Source of the DNA: Longimicrobiales bacterium
Lineage (GTDB): Bacteria > Gemmatimonadota > Gemmatimonadetes > Longimicrobiales > Gaopeijiaceae
Direction of reading: 5' to 3'
DNA: 64,000 nucleotides
Assembly (NCBI GenBank): GCA_965226375.1
Contig: CBDDCX010000008.1
Location: 736,001 to 800,000, forward strand
The notes below the pieces were generated by a model. The model saw only the letters and a list, made by a program, of their open reading frames with translations, did not search any database and was not told where the DNA came from. The position numbers and the translations under genes were made by a program. Shown here piece after piece: positions 22,339-32,552 of the stretch; within the stretch, counting starts at the first letter, position 1, and each line of letters starts with the position of its first letter.

Positions 22339-23058
22339 TCAAGCAAAACCGGCTCAATCCTCCCGTCCAGCTCGTTAAGGCGGCTGTCGACAAGGGGCGT
22401 TTCGGTCGCATTCACCTCGTGAACGCGACCGTGCGGTGGACGCGTCCTCAAGAGTACTACGACATGGCCAAGTGGAGGGGCACTTGGGAGTTCGATGGAG
22501 GGGCCTTCATGAACCAGGCGTCGCACTACGTCGATCTCGTGCTGTGGCTGGGCGGGGCCGTCGAGTCGGTCATGGCGAAAACAGTGACACTGGCCAGGAA
22601 TATCGAGGCAGAGGACACGGGCGCGGCCGTACTCCGGTTCAGACATGGAGGGATCGGCGTGATCGAGGTCACCATGCTCACCTATCCCAAGAACTTCGAG
22701 GGTTCGTTCACGATCCTGGGTGAGAACGGCACCGTCAAGATCGGTGGCACGGCGGTGAACAAGATCGAGAAGTGGGAGTTCGCCGAATCTGACGACGACG
22801 ATCTGCTGGTTGAAGCGGCCAATTCCGAACCGCCCTCCGTCTATGGCTCGGGGCACGAGCCGTACTACAGGAATGTGCTTGCTGTGCTACGCGGGGAAGC
22901 AGCGCCGGGCACGGACGGTCGCGAAGGGCGCAAGTCTCTCGAGCTCGTTCGCGGCATCTATGAGTCTGCCAAGACCGGCTGCGAAGTGCCATTGCCCATC
23001 TGACGGTCAGGGCCTTGCCGGTCTGACCTGCCGACCGATGGCCGACCGGACAAGGGCG

Positions 23059-23307
23059 CTACTGAGCTGCCGCCCGTTCCAGCATCATCTGCACGTCAGG
23101 GACGAGCCGTTCCGCCCCTTCCACGCTGAGATGGCCCCGATCCCGCCATAATAGACGATCCCCGGCATGAGATTCGCATCGCGTCTCGGGACAGAGCCGC
23201 TCGGTGAAGTCGGCTATCAACAGCGCCGGCCACTGTGCTCGCAACCCCTCAAGGTACCGGCGATTGGCCTCCCGCTCATCGGCGATTTCTTCCAGTGAAA
23301 ACTCATC
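23059..23307 (-). pseudogene. C-terminal SGNH-type domain remnant of an OafA-like O-acyltransferase, fused in frame to truncated asnB
   Basis: LCPETRC...LLWRDRGHLSVEGA matches the C..C/DxxHLS C-terminus of AT3-SGNH proteins. Confidence 0.65.
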
Positions 23308-24162
23308 ATGGCGCATTCCGCACACGATGGACGAGGAATCGACCCCTCCGGAGAGTGCGGCTCCAACCGGCACGTCACTCCTCAGGTGCTGCCTAATGTT
23401 GTCGAGGAAGCGTTCGCGGACAGCTTCGACCGCCTGCGGGTACGTGAGCTTGGACTCGACTCTGAACTGGGGCCGCCACCATCGAGGCAATTCGGTCAGC
23501 TGCCCGCTGGCGAGATCCAGGGACAGGGCCGTTCCTTGAGCAAGATGGGAGGCGCCCCGCACGAACGACTGGTTCACGGTGTCGTAGTCACCGTGAACCA
23601 GATAGTCGTAGCTGCGCTGCCAGTCGAGCTCGGGCGTTCCGGAGCGAAGCCGGAGGAGAGCCCCCAGCTCCGAGGCGAACACCAGCACTCCATCGGCATG
23701 GTCGAAGAACAGCGGTTTGATTCCGAACGGGTCCCTCACGAGGGTCAGCGTCTCACCCCGCGAATCGTAGATGCAGAAGGCGTACATTCCCGTCAGTCGG
23801 GGAAGGCAATCTGGACCCCAATGGGCCCATGCCTCGAGGAGGACCTCCGAGTCTCCGGAAGAACGGAACTCGACACCGACTCGCTCGAGCTCTTCCCTCA
23901 ACTCCACGTAGTTGTACACCTCGCCGTTGTACACGAGTGCGTACCGCCCGCAGCGCGACCACATGGGCTGCCGGCCCCGGTCGGTCAGATCGAGAATGGC
24001 GAGGCGGGTGTGCCCGAGGGCCACGGTCCCTCGCTCCGAGCGCCTGAACAGCGTGTCGTTTCCGTCCGGCCCCCGATGAGTCAGCGCATGGGCCGCGCCA
24101 GCGAGGCGGTTCTCGGCGTCGTGGGGCTCATGCAGCCACCACGCTCCGGCGAGGCCACACAC
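23308..24162 (-). pseudogene. asnB: Asparagine synthase (glutamine-hydrolysing)-like amidotransferase, 3'-truncated
   Basis: MCG start, HRGPDG, RLAILDL, NGEVYNY, LSGGVDSS; stops about half way through the expected ~620 aa. Confidence 0.88.
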
Positions 24163-24188
24163 CGGTCAGCTCCCCTCCCGTTCGGTGC

Positions 24189-25340
24189 TCATCCAGAATC
24201 GTCCAGCCACAGACTCGACAGGACGGGTCCATACCGGTCCATCGTGTGGTTCTCGCGGACCCAAGAAGCCTGGCTGGCCGTGTCGACTCCACCCGATCGC
24301 ACCTGGTCGACCGCTTGGCGGAGGGTCGCAGGCAGCTCGTCCGCGTCCGTGACGAGGATCGGACATCCGTCGGGCAGGAGATCTCGAAGACCTTCGTCGA
24401 TACCGCAGATCACTGCGCAGCCTCGCATCAACGCCTCGACCCTCTGAAGACCATACCAGCCGATCGTCAACTGATCGACAACGATATCGGCCTGATCGTA
24501 GAGGGCGAACAGCATCGGTCTGGAAACGCTGTACCTCGACCCGGTTTCAAGTTCGAGCTCCGGCGTGAGGATTACGTTCACGCCTGCATCCTCAGCCCGT
24601 AGAGCCTTCGCAGCGGGCTCCAGAAGCGCTGTGCCCTTCATCGCGACATTGGAGGGTGCGTGGAGGATCGTGACATCTCCAGCCGCCTCTGGCAGCGTCA
24701 GCGCCGCAACCGAGTCCGCACACTCGGCATCGAACTTCTCGAGGTCCAGGACAACGGGGAGGAACCGGGCCGACGGCACGATCGTGAGCAGGTCGGGGGT
24801 TGATACCAGGATGTGATGGGCGAAGTCGATGGAGTCCTTGACGAGGCGTTCCTGCCACGGCGCGGACCGGGGGGGGGGGGGGGGGGGGGCTCGTCCGCCA
24901 CATCGGCGATCCCCCGCAGGTGGCGATCCTTCCACACCACGTACTCTGGGTTGCGAATGTCCGTGCCGACAAAGTGCATGACGACACGTTTTCCGAATAG
25001 CCGATACAGTCTCAGCTCTATCCGTCGCGCTTTTCTGGTAAGAATCGTCTCTCCCGACAGGAAATGGAAGATATCGAAGCGCCACAAGGCTAGGAGGAAG
25101 AACAGAAGGGCGTGAGTCCATTGGACCGGAGATGGGTGATCACTATACTGGAGCTCGTAGGTGTAACTGGTGGGATACTGGGTGTACGAAACCTTGTGCT
25201 TCACGAAGGACTCGACCTCGACCTGGTCGCCCAGGTGCTGTTCGATCCACTTGGAGTACAGCCCGATCCGCCAGCCGATATTGACAGCACCAAAGAGTAG
25301 CCGTTTCTTTCCTTTGCCTTGTCGGCGGAAGGGCCACCCT
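24189..25340 (-). pseudogene. Glycosyltransferase (GT-B-like), frameshifted at a C21 tract; start codon not evident
   Basis: Upstream frame FDIFHF...VVMHFVGTDIR ends in poly-Pro; downstream frame ILVSTPDL...ILHAPSN..KGT...ADIVVDQLTIGWYG...EALMRG. Confidence 0.8.
24869..24889 (+). repeat. G21 homopolymer (C21 on the coding strand)
   Basis: Counted directly. Confidence 0.95.
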
Positions 25341-25349
25341 ATCGGCAGA

Positions 25350-26231
25350 GAAGGACTCAGTACTCGAACGAAGATCCTCAACCTCCTGAGGCGTTTTTGG
25401 CTGTTGCCGGGACTAGAAGGGATGGCCGCAGCGATGTTCGGCGGGTCCCGACTCGGAAGCCGGAGATCACGACTCCTTCCCAACTACTACCAGTTCCCGC
25501 AGCCATTTGAAAGGCTCGTGACCACGGATGAGGGGGTAAGGTTCCTCGCCGACGTGGGCACATTGCTGGGCTGGTGTCTACGCTTCAACATCCGCGAGCC
25601 GTCGCTCGAGAAGCTCTTCGGGCTCATGCGACCGGGAATGACCGTTGTCGACGTTGGAGCGAACATCGGCTTCACCGCCCTCACCGCTGCGAGTCATGTA
25701 GGTCCTTCCGGGCGGGTTATCGCATTCGAGCCACATTCGGCGAACTTCGCCGCGCTGCTGGGCAACCTCGAGTTGAATCCCGAGCTGAAGGTGGAAGCGC
25801 TCAACCTGGGTCTCGCCCGCGAATCGGGTCAGGCCAACATGGTGGAGCCGGTCGCGAGGAACCCCGGAGGTTTCCGTATTTCGTCTGCGTCCACCGGTGA
25901 GGGGATTGCTCTCGACTCCCTGGACGCGACCCTGGAGTGTGAAGGGGTCCGAGCGGTCGATGTGCTGAAGATCGATACCGAGGGATTCGAGTATGAAGTG
26001 CTCTGCGGATCCGAGCGTGTCCTGCGAGAGAGTCGGCCTGCGATCTTCATCGAACTGAGTGAGGGCAACCTGGCGGAGCAGGGATCATCGACGGTCGAGG
26101 TCCTCTCGTTCTTGATGGACCACGGTTATGACATCCGTGAGGCTGAGTCTGGGGAGACCATGGGACTCGGGGTCGACTACGGAGGCTGCCATTTCGATGC
26201 GATCGCCTTGCCTGTGGAGTCCTCCGCCTGA
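25350..26231 (+). CDS. FkbM-family methyltransferase (5' end uncertain; first in-frame ATG in this stretch is 25422)
   Basis: VVDVGANIG, VIAFEP, LKIDTEGFEYEVL. Confidence 0.85.
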   Translation, partial: EGLSTRTKILNLLRRFWLLPGLEGMAAAMFGGSRLGSRRSRLLPNYYQFPQPFERLVTTDEGVRFLADVGTLLGWCLRFNIREPSLEKLFGLMRPGMTVVDVGANIGFTALTAASHVGPSGRVIAFEPHSANFAALLGNLELNPELKVEALNLGLARESGQANMVEPVARNPGGFRISSASTGEGIALDSLDATLECEGVRAVDVLKIDTEGFEYEVLCGSERVLRESRPAIFIELSEGNLAEQGSSTVEVLSFLMDHGYDIREAESGETMGLGVDYGGCHFDAIALPVESSA

Positions 26232-26372
26232 AAGGACATCGCGGTGGGTCGCCGCACCGAGGGACTCTACCGTGGGACAGCAACCTCGCCTTGTAGTGCT
26301 CGTTCTAGGCCGTCATATTGCCATCGACCGCTCCGGCCTCCCATCCGTACCTGATCCTTGTCTCGCCCATCC

Positions 26373-27704
26373 ATGACCAACTCCCCCATCGACCACCTAC
26401 GCAACGGCGACCTCACCGTCGGCGTCATCGGATTGGGCTACGTCGGCCTCCCCCTCTCGGTCGAGATCGCCCGGTCGGGGCTCCACTGCGTCGGCTTCGA
26501 CATCCTCTCCGAGGTGGCCGAAGGGGTCAACTCGGGCCGGAGCCACATCGAGGACGTCACCGACGCCGAACTGGCGGAGATGGTCGCCACCGGGCGACTC
26601 GAGGCCACCACCGACATGTCTCGGCTTGCCGAGTGCGACGCCATCTCGATCTCCGTTCCGACGCCGCTGTCCAAGACACAGGACCCTGATGTCTCCCATG
26701 TGATCACCGCGTCCGAGGCCGTCGCAGCATCGCTCCGTCCAGGGCAGCTCGTCGTGCTCGAGTCAACGACCTATCCGGGGACCACGAGGGAGGTCCTCCT
26801 CCCGGCGATGGAGCGTACCGGTCTGCACGCGGGCACGGACTTCTTCCTCTGTTTCTCACCCGAACGTGTGGACCCCGGCAACGAGGTCTGGAAGACGAAG
26901 AACACGCCCAAGGTCATCGGGGGCATTACGCTGGCCTGTGCCGAGGCCGGACTGGCCGTCTACGAACGGTTCATCGACACCATGGTGGAGGTCTCTTCCA
27001 CCGAGGCCGCCGAGATGGTCAAGATCCTGGAGAACACATTCAGGGCCGTGAACATCGCCATGGTCAACGAGGTCGCCCTCATCGCCGATCGCCTGAAGGT
27101 CGACGTTTGGGAGGTCATCGAGGCTGCGGCCACCAAACCCTTCGGTTTCATGAAGTTCACGCCGGGGCCGGGTCTGGGCGGGCACTGCATTCCGGTGGAT
27201 CCCCACTACCTGGCGTGGAAGATGCGCACGCTCGACTACCGCACGCGATTCATCGACCTCGCGTCGGAGATCAACGCGGAGATGCCGGAGTTCGTGGTGG
27301 GAAAGGTACGAGCCGCTCTCAATGCCAACCGAAAGGCCGTGAACGGGGCTCAGGTCCTCGTGCTGGGCGTGGCGTACAAGAAGGACGTGAACGACGTCCG
27401 CGAGTCGCCGGCCCTAGACATCATCCGACTGCTGGCCGCGGATGGCGCTCGAGTGGAGTACCACGACCCTCTCGTGCCTGATGTAGCCGAAGACGGGACC
27501 CGCTTGGCCTCCGTTCCCCTGACCGATCAGGTGCTCTCGGATGCCGACGCCGTGGTCATCGTCACCGACCACTCAGAGGTCGATTACGGACGAGTGCTCG
27601 ATCGAGCCGAGGTGGTGGTGGACGCTCGCAACGTGACCGCTCCGCTCCTGAACGAGCGAGGTACCCGGGCAGGGGCCTGGATCGTGAAGGGTGGGTCCAA
27701 CTGA
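26373..27704 (+). CDS. Nucleotide-sugar dehydrogenase, WbpA/WecC-like
   Basis: GLGYVGLP, ESTTYPGTT, FSPERVDPGN, GGHCIPVDP. Confidence 0.93.
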   Translation: MTNSPIDHLRNGDLTVGVIGLGYVGLPLSVEIARSGLHCVGFDILSEVAEGVNSGRSHIEDVTDAELAEMVATGRLEATTDMSRLAECDAISISVPTPLSKTQDPDVSHVITASEAVAASLRPGQLVVLESTTYPGTTREVLLPAMERTGLHAGTDFFLCFSPERVDPGNEVWKTKNTPKVIGGITLACAEAGLAVYERFIDTMVEVSSTEAAEMVKILENTFRAVNIAMVNEVALIADRLKVDVWEVIEAAATKPFGFMKFTPGPGLGGHCIPVDPHYLAWKMRTLDYRTRFIDLASEINAEMPEFVVGKVRAALNANRKAVNGAQVLVLGVAYKKDVNDVRESPALDIIRLLAADGARVEYHDPLVPDVAEDGTRLASVPLTDQVLSDADAVVIVTDHSEVDYGRVLDRAEVVVDARNVTAPLLNERGTRAGAWIVKGGSN

Positions 27705-27727
27705 GGCCCGGGCCGAGCTAGCCACCC

Positions 27728-28915
27728 ATGAGTCCGGTCCTCGTCCACCGAGTGATCGCACGCCTGAACACCGGCGGGCCCGCCATGCACGTGGCGAACC
27801 TGGCCGCGGGGCTCGACCCCACGCGTTTTCAGACACGCCTCATCACAGGACGGATCACGGAGGATGAGGGTGACATGACCTACTACGCGCGCGATCGCGG
27901 CGTAGACGTGATCGAGATCGCCGGCATGTCGCGTACCCTGTCGCCGTGGAAGGACCTTCGGACCCTGCTCCGGCTCTTCAGGATCTTCCGGCGGGAGCGC
28001 CCGACTATTGTCCACACCCACACGGCCAAGGCGGGCACGGTCGCTCGTCTGGCTGCCCTGGCGGCCGGTGTGCCGGTGATACTTCACACGTTCCACGGAC
28101 ACGTGCTGGGGGGACGTTACTTCTCGTCTCTGAAGACACGCGTGTTTCTGGAGATCGAGCGTCAACTCGCTCGGGTGACAGACCGGCTGATCGTTCTCAC
28201 GCACCGGCAGGCCCGGGAAATGTCCGGCGACCTTGGCGTTGCTCCGCCGGAGAACTTCGCGGTGATCCCCCTCGGGTTGGACTTACAGCCATTCGCAGAT
28301 GTGGACCGAGGGCGGGCACGGCGGCGTCTGCGCGGCCAGGTGGGGGTGGATGACGACGGTCCGGTGATCGGCATCGTGGGGCGGATGGTGCCGGTCAAGA
28401 ACCATGAGCTCCTGTTCGATGCGGTGGAGCTTCTCCACGAGAGGATGGACCCGAAGCCACACGTCGTGGTGGTGGGGTCGGGAGAGAGGGAGGGCTTTCT
28501 GAGGCGGTACGCCGCCGAGAAGGGGCTGGACCGGTGGGTGCACTGGCTCGGCTGGCGGGAGGACCTGCCCGAGGTCTTTCCGGCGTTCGACGTGACCGCC
28601 CTGACGTCTTTCGATGAGGGTACGCCGGTCTCGCTCATGGAATCGCTCGTGTCCGGGACTCCCGTGGTATCACGGGCGGTGGGGGGAGTGCCGGAGATTC
28701 TGGAAGATGGGCGGCTCAGACATCTGGTGTGGAGCGACTCGGCCGGCGACTTTGCCGACGCCTTGGAATCGGTGCTGAAGGCGCCTCCGGAGCCGGAAAT
28801 GGTGGTCGAAGCTCGGGAGACTGTTCTCGGGCGCTATTCGGTTGAACGACTTGCTCGGGACATGGATCAACTCTACGTGGAAGTTCTGGGAAGAGCCGGC
28901 ATCCGCGTCAACTAA
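27728..28915 (+). CDS. Glycosyltransferase family 4
   Basis: IARLNTGGPA, HTHTAKAG, EGTPVSLMES. Confidence 0.92.
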   Translation: MSPVLVHRVIARLNTGGPAMHVANLAAGLDPTRFQTRLITGRITEDEGDMTYYARDRGVDVIEIAGMSRTLSPWKDLRTLLRLFRIFRRERPTIVHTHTAKAGTVARLAALAAGVPVILHTFHGHVLGGRYFSSLKTRVFLEIERQLARVTDRLIVLTHRQAREMSGDLGVAPPENFAVIPLGLDLQPFADVDRGRARRRLRGQVGVDDDGPVIGIVGRMVPVKNHELLFDAVELLHERMDPKPHVVVVGSGEREGFLRRYAAEKGLDRWVHWLGWREDLPEVFPAFDVTALTSFDEGTPVSLMESLVSGTPVVSRAVGGVPEILEDGRLRHLVWSDSAGDFADALESVLKAPPEPEMVVEARETVLGRYSVERLARDMDQLYVEVLGRAGIRVN

Positions 28916-28924
28916 CAGGACACA

Positions 28925-30043
28925 ATGACCATCCCCTTCCTGGATCTCCAGCCTCAATACGACTCGATCTCCGGCGAGTTGGACGCTGCGGTTCAGGCCG
29001 TGATCCGGTCTCAACGGTTCATTCTGGGCGAGCCCGTAGAACGACTCGAGACGAGCCTGGCCGAGATGCTCGGGGTGGAGTACACAGTCGGATGCGCGAG
29101 CGGTACGGATGCCCTCCTGCTGCCCCTACGGGCATTCTGGAGGCAATTTGGCGATGAGGTGGTCATTCCGACGTTCACGTTCTTCGCGACGGCCGGTGCC
29201 GTATGGAACGCCGGTTATCGGCCGGTCTTCTGCGATGTGGATGCGTCGACCTTCAACGTGACCGGGGAGTCGGTGTCGGCGGCATGGACGGATCGGACCC
29301 GGGGCGTCATCCCCGTGCACCTCTACGGGCAGATGGCGCCGCTGGATGAGATCGGGTATGTGGCTCGAGAGCGGGACGGATTCGTGATCGAGGACGCCGC
29401 GCAAGCGATCGGAGCGTCCCAGTGCGGCACATCTGGGACCGCGACATCGGCCGGGGTCGCTGGCGACGCCGGTGCGTTCAGCTTTTTCCCCACCAAGAAC
29501 CTCGGAGGCTTCGGCGATGGTGGGCTGATGTCGACGAACGACGCCGAACTGGCCGACAAGCTCCGGAAGCTCCGGGTCCACGGCGGCGTCAAGATGTACC
29601 ATCACGAGATGGTCGGGACCAACAGCCGTCTCGACGCCCTCCAGGCTGCGGTCCTCTCGGCCAAGCTTCCCCACCTCGAGTCTTGGTCTGAGGCACGGCG
29701 AGCGAATGCCGCTCTGTACGATGAACTCCTGGCGGACGTGGCCGACGTGATCACACCCGTAGTCAGCCCCGGCAATCTCCACGTCTACAACCAGTACACC
29801 ATAAGGGCGTGGAGGAGGGACGAGCTCCGGGCCCACCTCACGGCGCAGGGTGTGGGCAACGCCCTGTACTACCCGGTGCCGCTCCATCTTCAGGAGTGCT
29901 TCTCGGAGTTGGGATACCAGGAGGGAGACCTGCCCGTCTCCGAACAGCTCTGCAAGGAGGTCGTCAGCCTACCCATCTTCCCAGAACTGGGCGAAGATCG
30001 GGTCACGGCCGTCGCGGAGGCCATCCGGGAGTTCTACGGTTGA
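28925..30043 (+). CDS. DegT/DnrJ/EryC1/StrS aminotransferase (WbpE-like)
   Basis: IEDAAQAIG, SFFPTKNLGGFGDGG, NSRLDALQA. Confidence 0.95.
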   Translation: MTIPFLDLQPQYDSISGELDAAVQAVIRSQRFILGEPVERLETSLAEMLGVEYTVGCASGTDALLLPLRAFWRQFGDEVVIPTFTFFATAGAVWNAGYRPVFCDVDASTFNVTGESVSAAWTDRTRGVIPVHLYGQMAPLDEIGYVARERDGFVIEDAAQAIGASQCGTSGTATSAGVAGDAGAFSFFPTKNLGGFGDGGLMSTNDAELADKLRKLRVHGGVKMYHHEMVGTNSRLDALQAAVLSAKLPHLESWSEARRANAALYDELLADVADVITPVVSPGNLHVYNQYTIRAWRRDELRAHLTAQGVGNALYYPVPLHLQECFSELGYQEGDLPVSEQLCKEVVSLPIFPELGEDRVTAVAEAIREFYG

Positions 30044-30891
30044 ACATCCTCGTGACCGGAGCCGGCGGCCTGTTGGGTGGGGCGGTAGTCTGGGCTGCTC
30101 GCGAGCGGGGACACACCGTAGATGCGCTCGACCGCGCCGCCCTCGACGTCACCGATGCCGAGGCGGTGCACGGCCTAATTACCGAGCGGAAGCCGGACAC
30201 CGTGGTCCACTGCGCCGCATACACCGCTGTGGATCGAGCAGAGGAAGAAGCGGAGTTGGCCATGCAGGTCAACCGGGACGGGACGTCCAACGTGGCCCTC
30301 GCCGCGGCGGAGGTCGGGGCGGTGGTGTTCTTTCCCAGCACGGACTATGTGTTCGACGGCACGTCCGACCGCCCCTACGAGCCGGGTGACGAGCCCCGGC
30401 CGCTTAATGCCTACGGTCGCAGTAAGCTGGCTGCGGAGCAGATGTTGCGAGCGGGGGGAGGGAAGTGGACCATCGTTCGCACCAGCTGGCTCTACGGCGC
30501 CGACGGCAGGGACTTCGTGGACGTGATCCTGGGCTCCGGCGAACGAGCCGAACCGATGACAATCGTCGACGATCAAGTGGGTTGCCCGATGTGGACCGGG
30601 AGTCTCGCGCCGGCCCTTGTGGAACTTGCCGAACAGGGCGCCACGGGCACCCTGCACCTCTGTGACCGGGGCGAGGCCACCTGGCTCGATCTGGCTCGCG
30701 GGGTGGCATCCATTGGAGGCGTCGAGGTGGATCTCACTGCTACGACCACGGAGGCATGGGGCGCCGCCGCCGACCGGCCGCGCTATTCCGTGCTCGACTC
30801 GTCCAAGGCTGAAGCTCTATTGGGCCGTTCCATGCCTACCTGGGGAGAGTCCCTTCGGACCTATCTGTGTCGGAGAGGTGGAGTGTCCTGA
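30040..30891 (+). CDS. rfbD: dTDP-4-dehydrorhamnose reductase
   Basis: TTG start overlapping the previous stop; TGAGGLLG, AAYTAVD, STDYVFDG, YGRSK. Confidence 0.92.
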   Translation: MNILVTGAGGLLGGAVVWAARERGHTVDALDRAALDVTDAEAVHGLITERKPDTVVHCAAYTAVDRAEEEAELAMQVNRDGTSNVALAAAEVGAVVFFPSTDYVFDGTSDRPYEPGDEPRPLNAYGRSKLAAEQMLRAGGGKWTIVRTSWLYGADGRDFVDVILGSGERAEPMTIVDDQVGCPMWTGSLAPALVELAEQGATGTLHLCDRGEATWLDLARGVASIGGVEVDLTATTTEAWGAAADRPRYSVLDSSKAEALLGRSMPTWGESLRTYLCRRGGVS

Positions 30892-30939
30892 GGTGCGACG
30901 ATGTCGATCTCGAGTGGGGAAGATCGTGCTCGCGCCTCC

Positions 30940-31227
30940 TCAGGCCGGCACCATCCGCTCTACCTTCAGCTCCGCCGCCCGCTTTTCGGCCTGCCAAAGA
31001 TCGTAGTTCATCTGAAGCTGCATCCAGTGCCGTGCGGTTGAGCCAAAGGCTTTGCTGAGACGAATGGCCATATCCGGGGAGATTCCTGCGCGGCCGTTCA
31101 CGAGCTCGGAAAGGGTCTTGCGTGAAATGCCGAGTGCCCTCGCTCCGGCCGTCACTGTGAGGCCGAGCGGCTCAAGACAACTGATGCGGACGTGTTCCCC
31201 TGGATGGGGTGGGTCATGCATGGCCAT
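30940..31227 (-). CDS. higA: HigA-family antitoxin (HTH)
   Basis: PPHPGE...[14 protein letters not shown]...[10 protein letters not shown]. Confidence 0.95.
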   Translation of the reverse strand: MAMHDPPHPGEHVRISCLEPLGLTVTAGARALGISRKTLSELVNGRAGISPDMAIRLSKAFGSTARHWMQLQMNYDLWQAEKRAAELKVERMVPA

Positions 31228-31241
31228 CGCTCTATCTCCTT

Positions 31242-31520
31242 CTAGTGATAGTCGGTCAAGTCTACGCGGTAGACGTTGCCATCTTCCATCCGGAAGACGA
31301 TTCGCCAGTTCCCGGTCACCTTCACCGACCAGTAGCCCTTCAAATCTCCTTTCCGGGCGTGCAGGCCGTAACCTGGAAGGCTCAGGTCCTCTGGTGTCTC
31401 CGCAGCATCCAAATCAGCCAGGATGACGCTAACCTTGGCGAGCATTTCCGGAGGGACGCCCCGCGCATCACCCTTTTCGTAGAGCCGCTTCAGTCCCTTG
31501 TGACGAGAGCCCTGTATCAT
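31242..31520 (-). CDS. higB: HigB (RelE-like) toxin
   Basis: HKGLKRLYE...[18 protein letters not shown]...DYH; toxin precedes antitoxin. Confidence 0.95.
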   Translation of the reverse strand: MIQGSRHKGLKRLYEKGDARGVPPEMLAKVSVILADLDAAETPEDLSLPGYGLHARKGDLKGYWSVKVTGNWRIVFRMEDGNVYRVDLTDYH

Positions 31521-31525
31521 GCTCC

Positions 31526-31557
31526 GTTACTGTAACCTGTAACGTTACGGGTGTCAA
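31526..31557 (-). promoter_or_regulatory. higBA promoter with overlapping palindromic operators
   Basis: Minus strand TTGACA-17-TACAGT; palindromes GTTACTGTAAC (31526-36) and GTAACGTTAC (31539-48). Confidence 0.7.
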
Positions 31558-31775
31558 ACAAGAAACAATACATTGGGTTAGATGCGGTCGAGACAGGGTC
31601 GGGTTGACGCTCACGAACGATGCGAGCATAGCCCGGGCGCTTGAATAGCCGCATGGGAACGGTACATTGGCGCCGTAGCACTCTGACCCCGAAAGCGGAA
31701 CGCAATGGCTGATTCGATCCTGGATGCTCCCGCACCTCGTCCCCCCGATTCCGTGTTCGAATTCGGGGAGATTCC

Positions 31776-32552
31776 ATGAAGGGCGTCGTCCTCGCGGGAG
31801 GCTTGGGCAACCGTCTCCAGCCCATGACCCGGGTCACCAACAAGCACCTCCTCCCGGTCTTCGACCGGCCGATGATCTACTTTCCCATCCAACAGCTCGT
31901 GTACGCGGGGATCGACGAGATTCTGATCGTGACCGGCGGAAACCACGCCGGGGACTTTCTCAGGCTTCTTGCGAACGGGAAGGACGTCGGGATCAGAGGC
32001 CTGAACTACACCTACCAGGAGGGGGAGGGGGGAATCGCCGAGGCTCTGGGCCTGGCGGAGGACTTCGCGGATAACGGCCCCATCTGCGTGATTCTCGGGG
32101 ACAACATCTTCGGTTCGCCGATCAAGCCGGCCGTCGATGCGTACCGGACTGAGCCTGACGGTGCGATGGTGGTCCTGAAAGAGGTGGATGATCCGAAGCG
32201 CTTTGGTGTGGCTGAGCTGCAGGACGACCGGGTGGTGGGGATCGAGGAGAAGCCCGACCAGCCCCGCAGCAACCTCGCGGTCACCGGATGCTACTTCTAC
32301 GACCGGCGCGTCTTCGAGATCGTACAGGGACGCTCTCCTTCGGAGCGGGGCGAGCTCGAGATCACGGATGTGAACAACCGCTACCTGGAGTGGGGAGCGC
32401 TACGCCACCACGTCGCGGACGGATGGTGGACGGACGCCGGCACCATCCCGTCCCTGTATCGGGCCACACGCCTGGTGGCGGACGCCGCGGATGAGCCGGT
32501 TCTGCACCTTCCTGACGTCACCGATCCCGCCCGGCGGGCAACGGACGCGTGA
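31776..32552 (+). CDS. rfbA: Glucose-1-phosphate thymidylyltransferase-like nucleotidyltransferase
   Basis: LAGGLGNRL, NKHLLPV, EEKP, RGELEITD. Confidence 0.85.
   Translation: MKGVVLAGGLGNRLQPMTRVTNKHLLPVFDRPMIYFPIQQLVYAGIDEILIVTGGNHAGDFLRLLANGKDVGIRGLNYTYQEGEGGIAEALGLAEDFADNGPICVILGDNIFGSPIKPAVDAYRTEPDGAMVVLKEVDDPKRFGVAELQDDRVVGIEEKPDQPRSNLAVTGCYFYDRRVFEIVQGRSPSERGELEITDVNNRYLEWGALRHHVADGWWTDAGTIPSLYRATRLVADAADEPVLHLPDVTDPARRATDA

Larger units (their letters stand above)
20893..23003 (+). pseudogene. Gfo/Idh/MocA oxidoreductase (WbpB/WlbA-like) interrupted by an IS1595-family element
   Basis: 5' part GCGRISKNH...EKPMA...LFVIKQ (to 21270) joins in frame to NRLNPPVQ...WRGTWEFDGGAFMNQASHYVD (from 22347). 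Confidence 0.92.

Noticed and set aside
23004..25340. Site-specific invertible segment (shufflon)
   Set aside because: No matching inverted repeats at the two ends and no recombinase; the left end looks like ordinary convergent gene ends
31560..31775. tRNA-like TTCGA motifs or a gene remnant in the higB-rfbA spacer
   Set aside because: Could not build a cloverleaf or a convincing protein alignment
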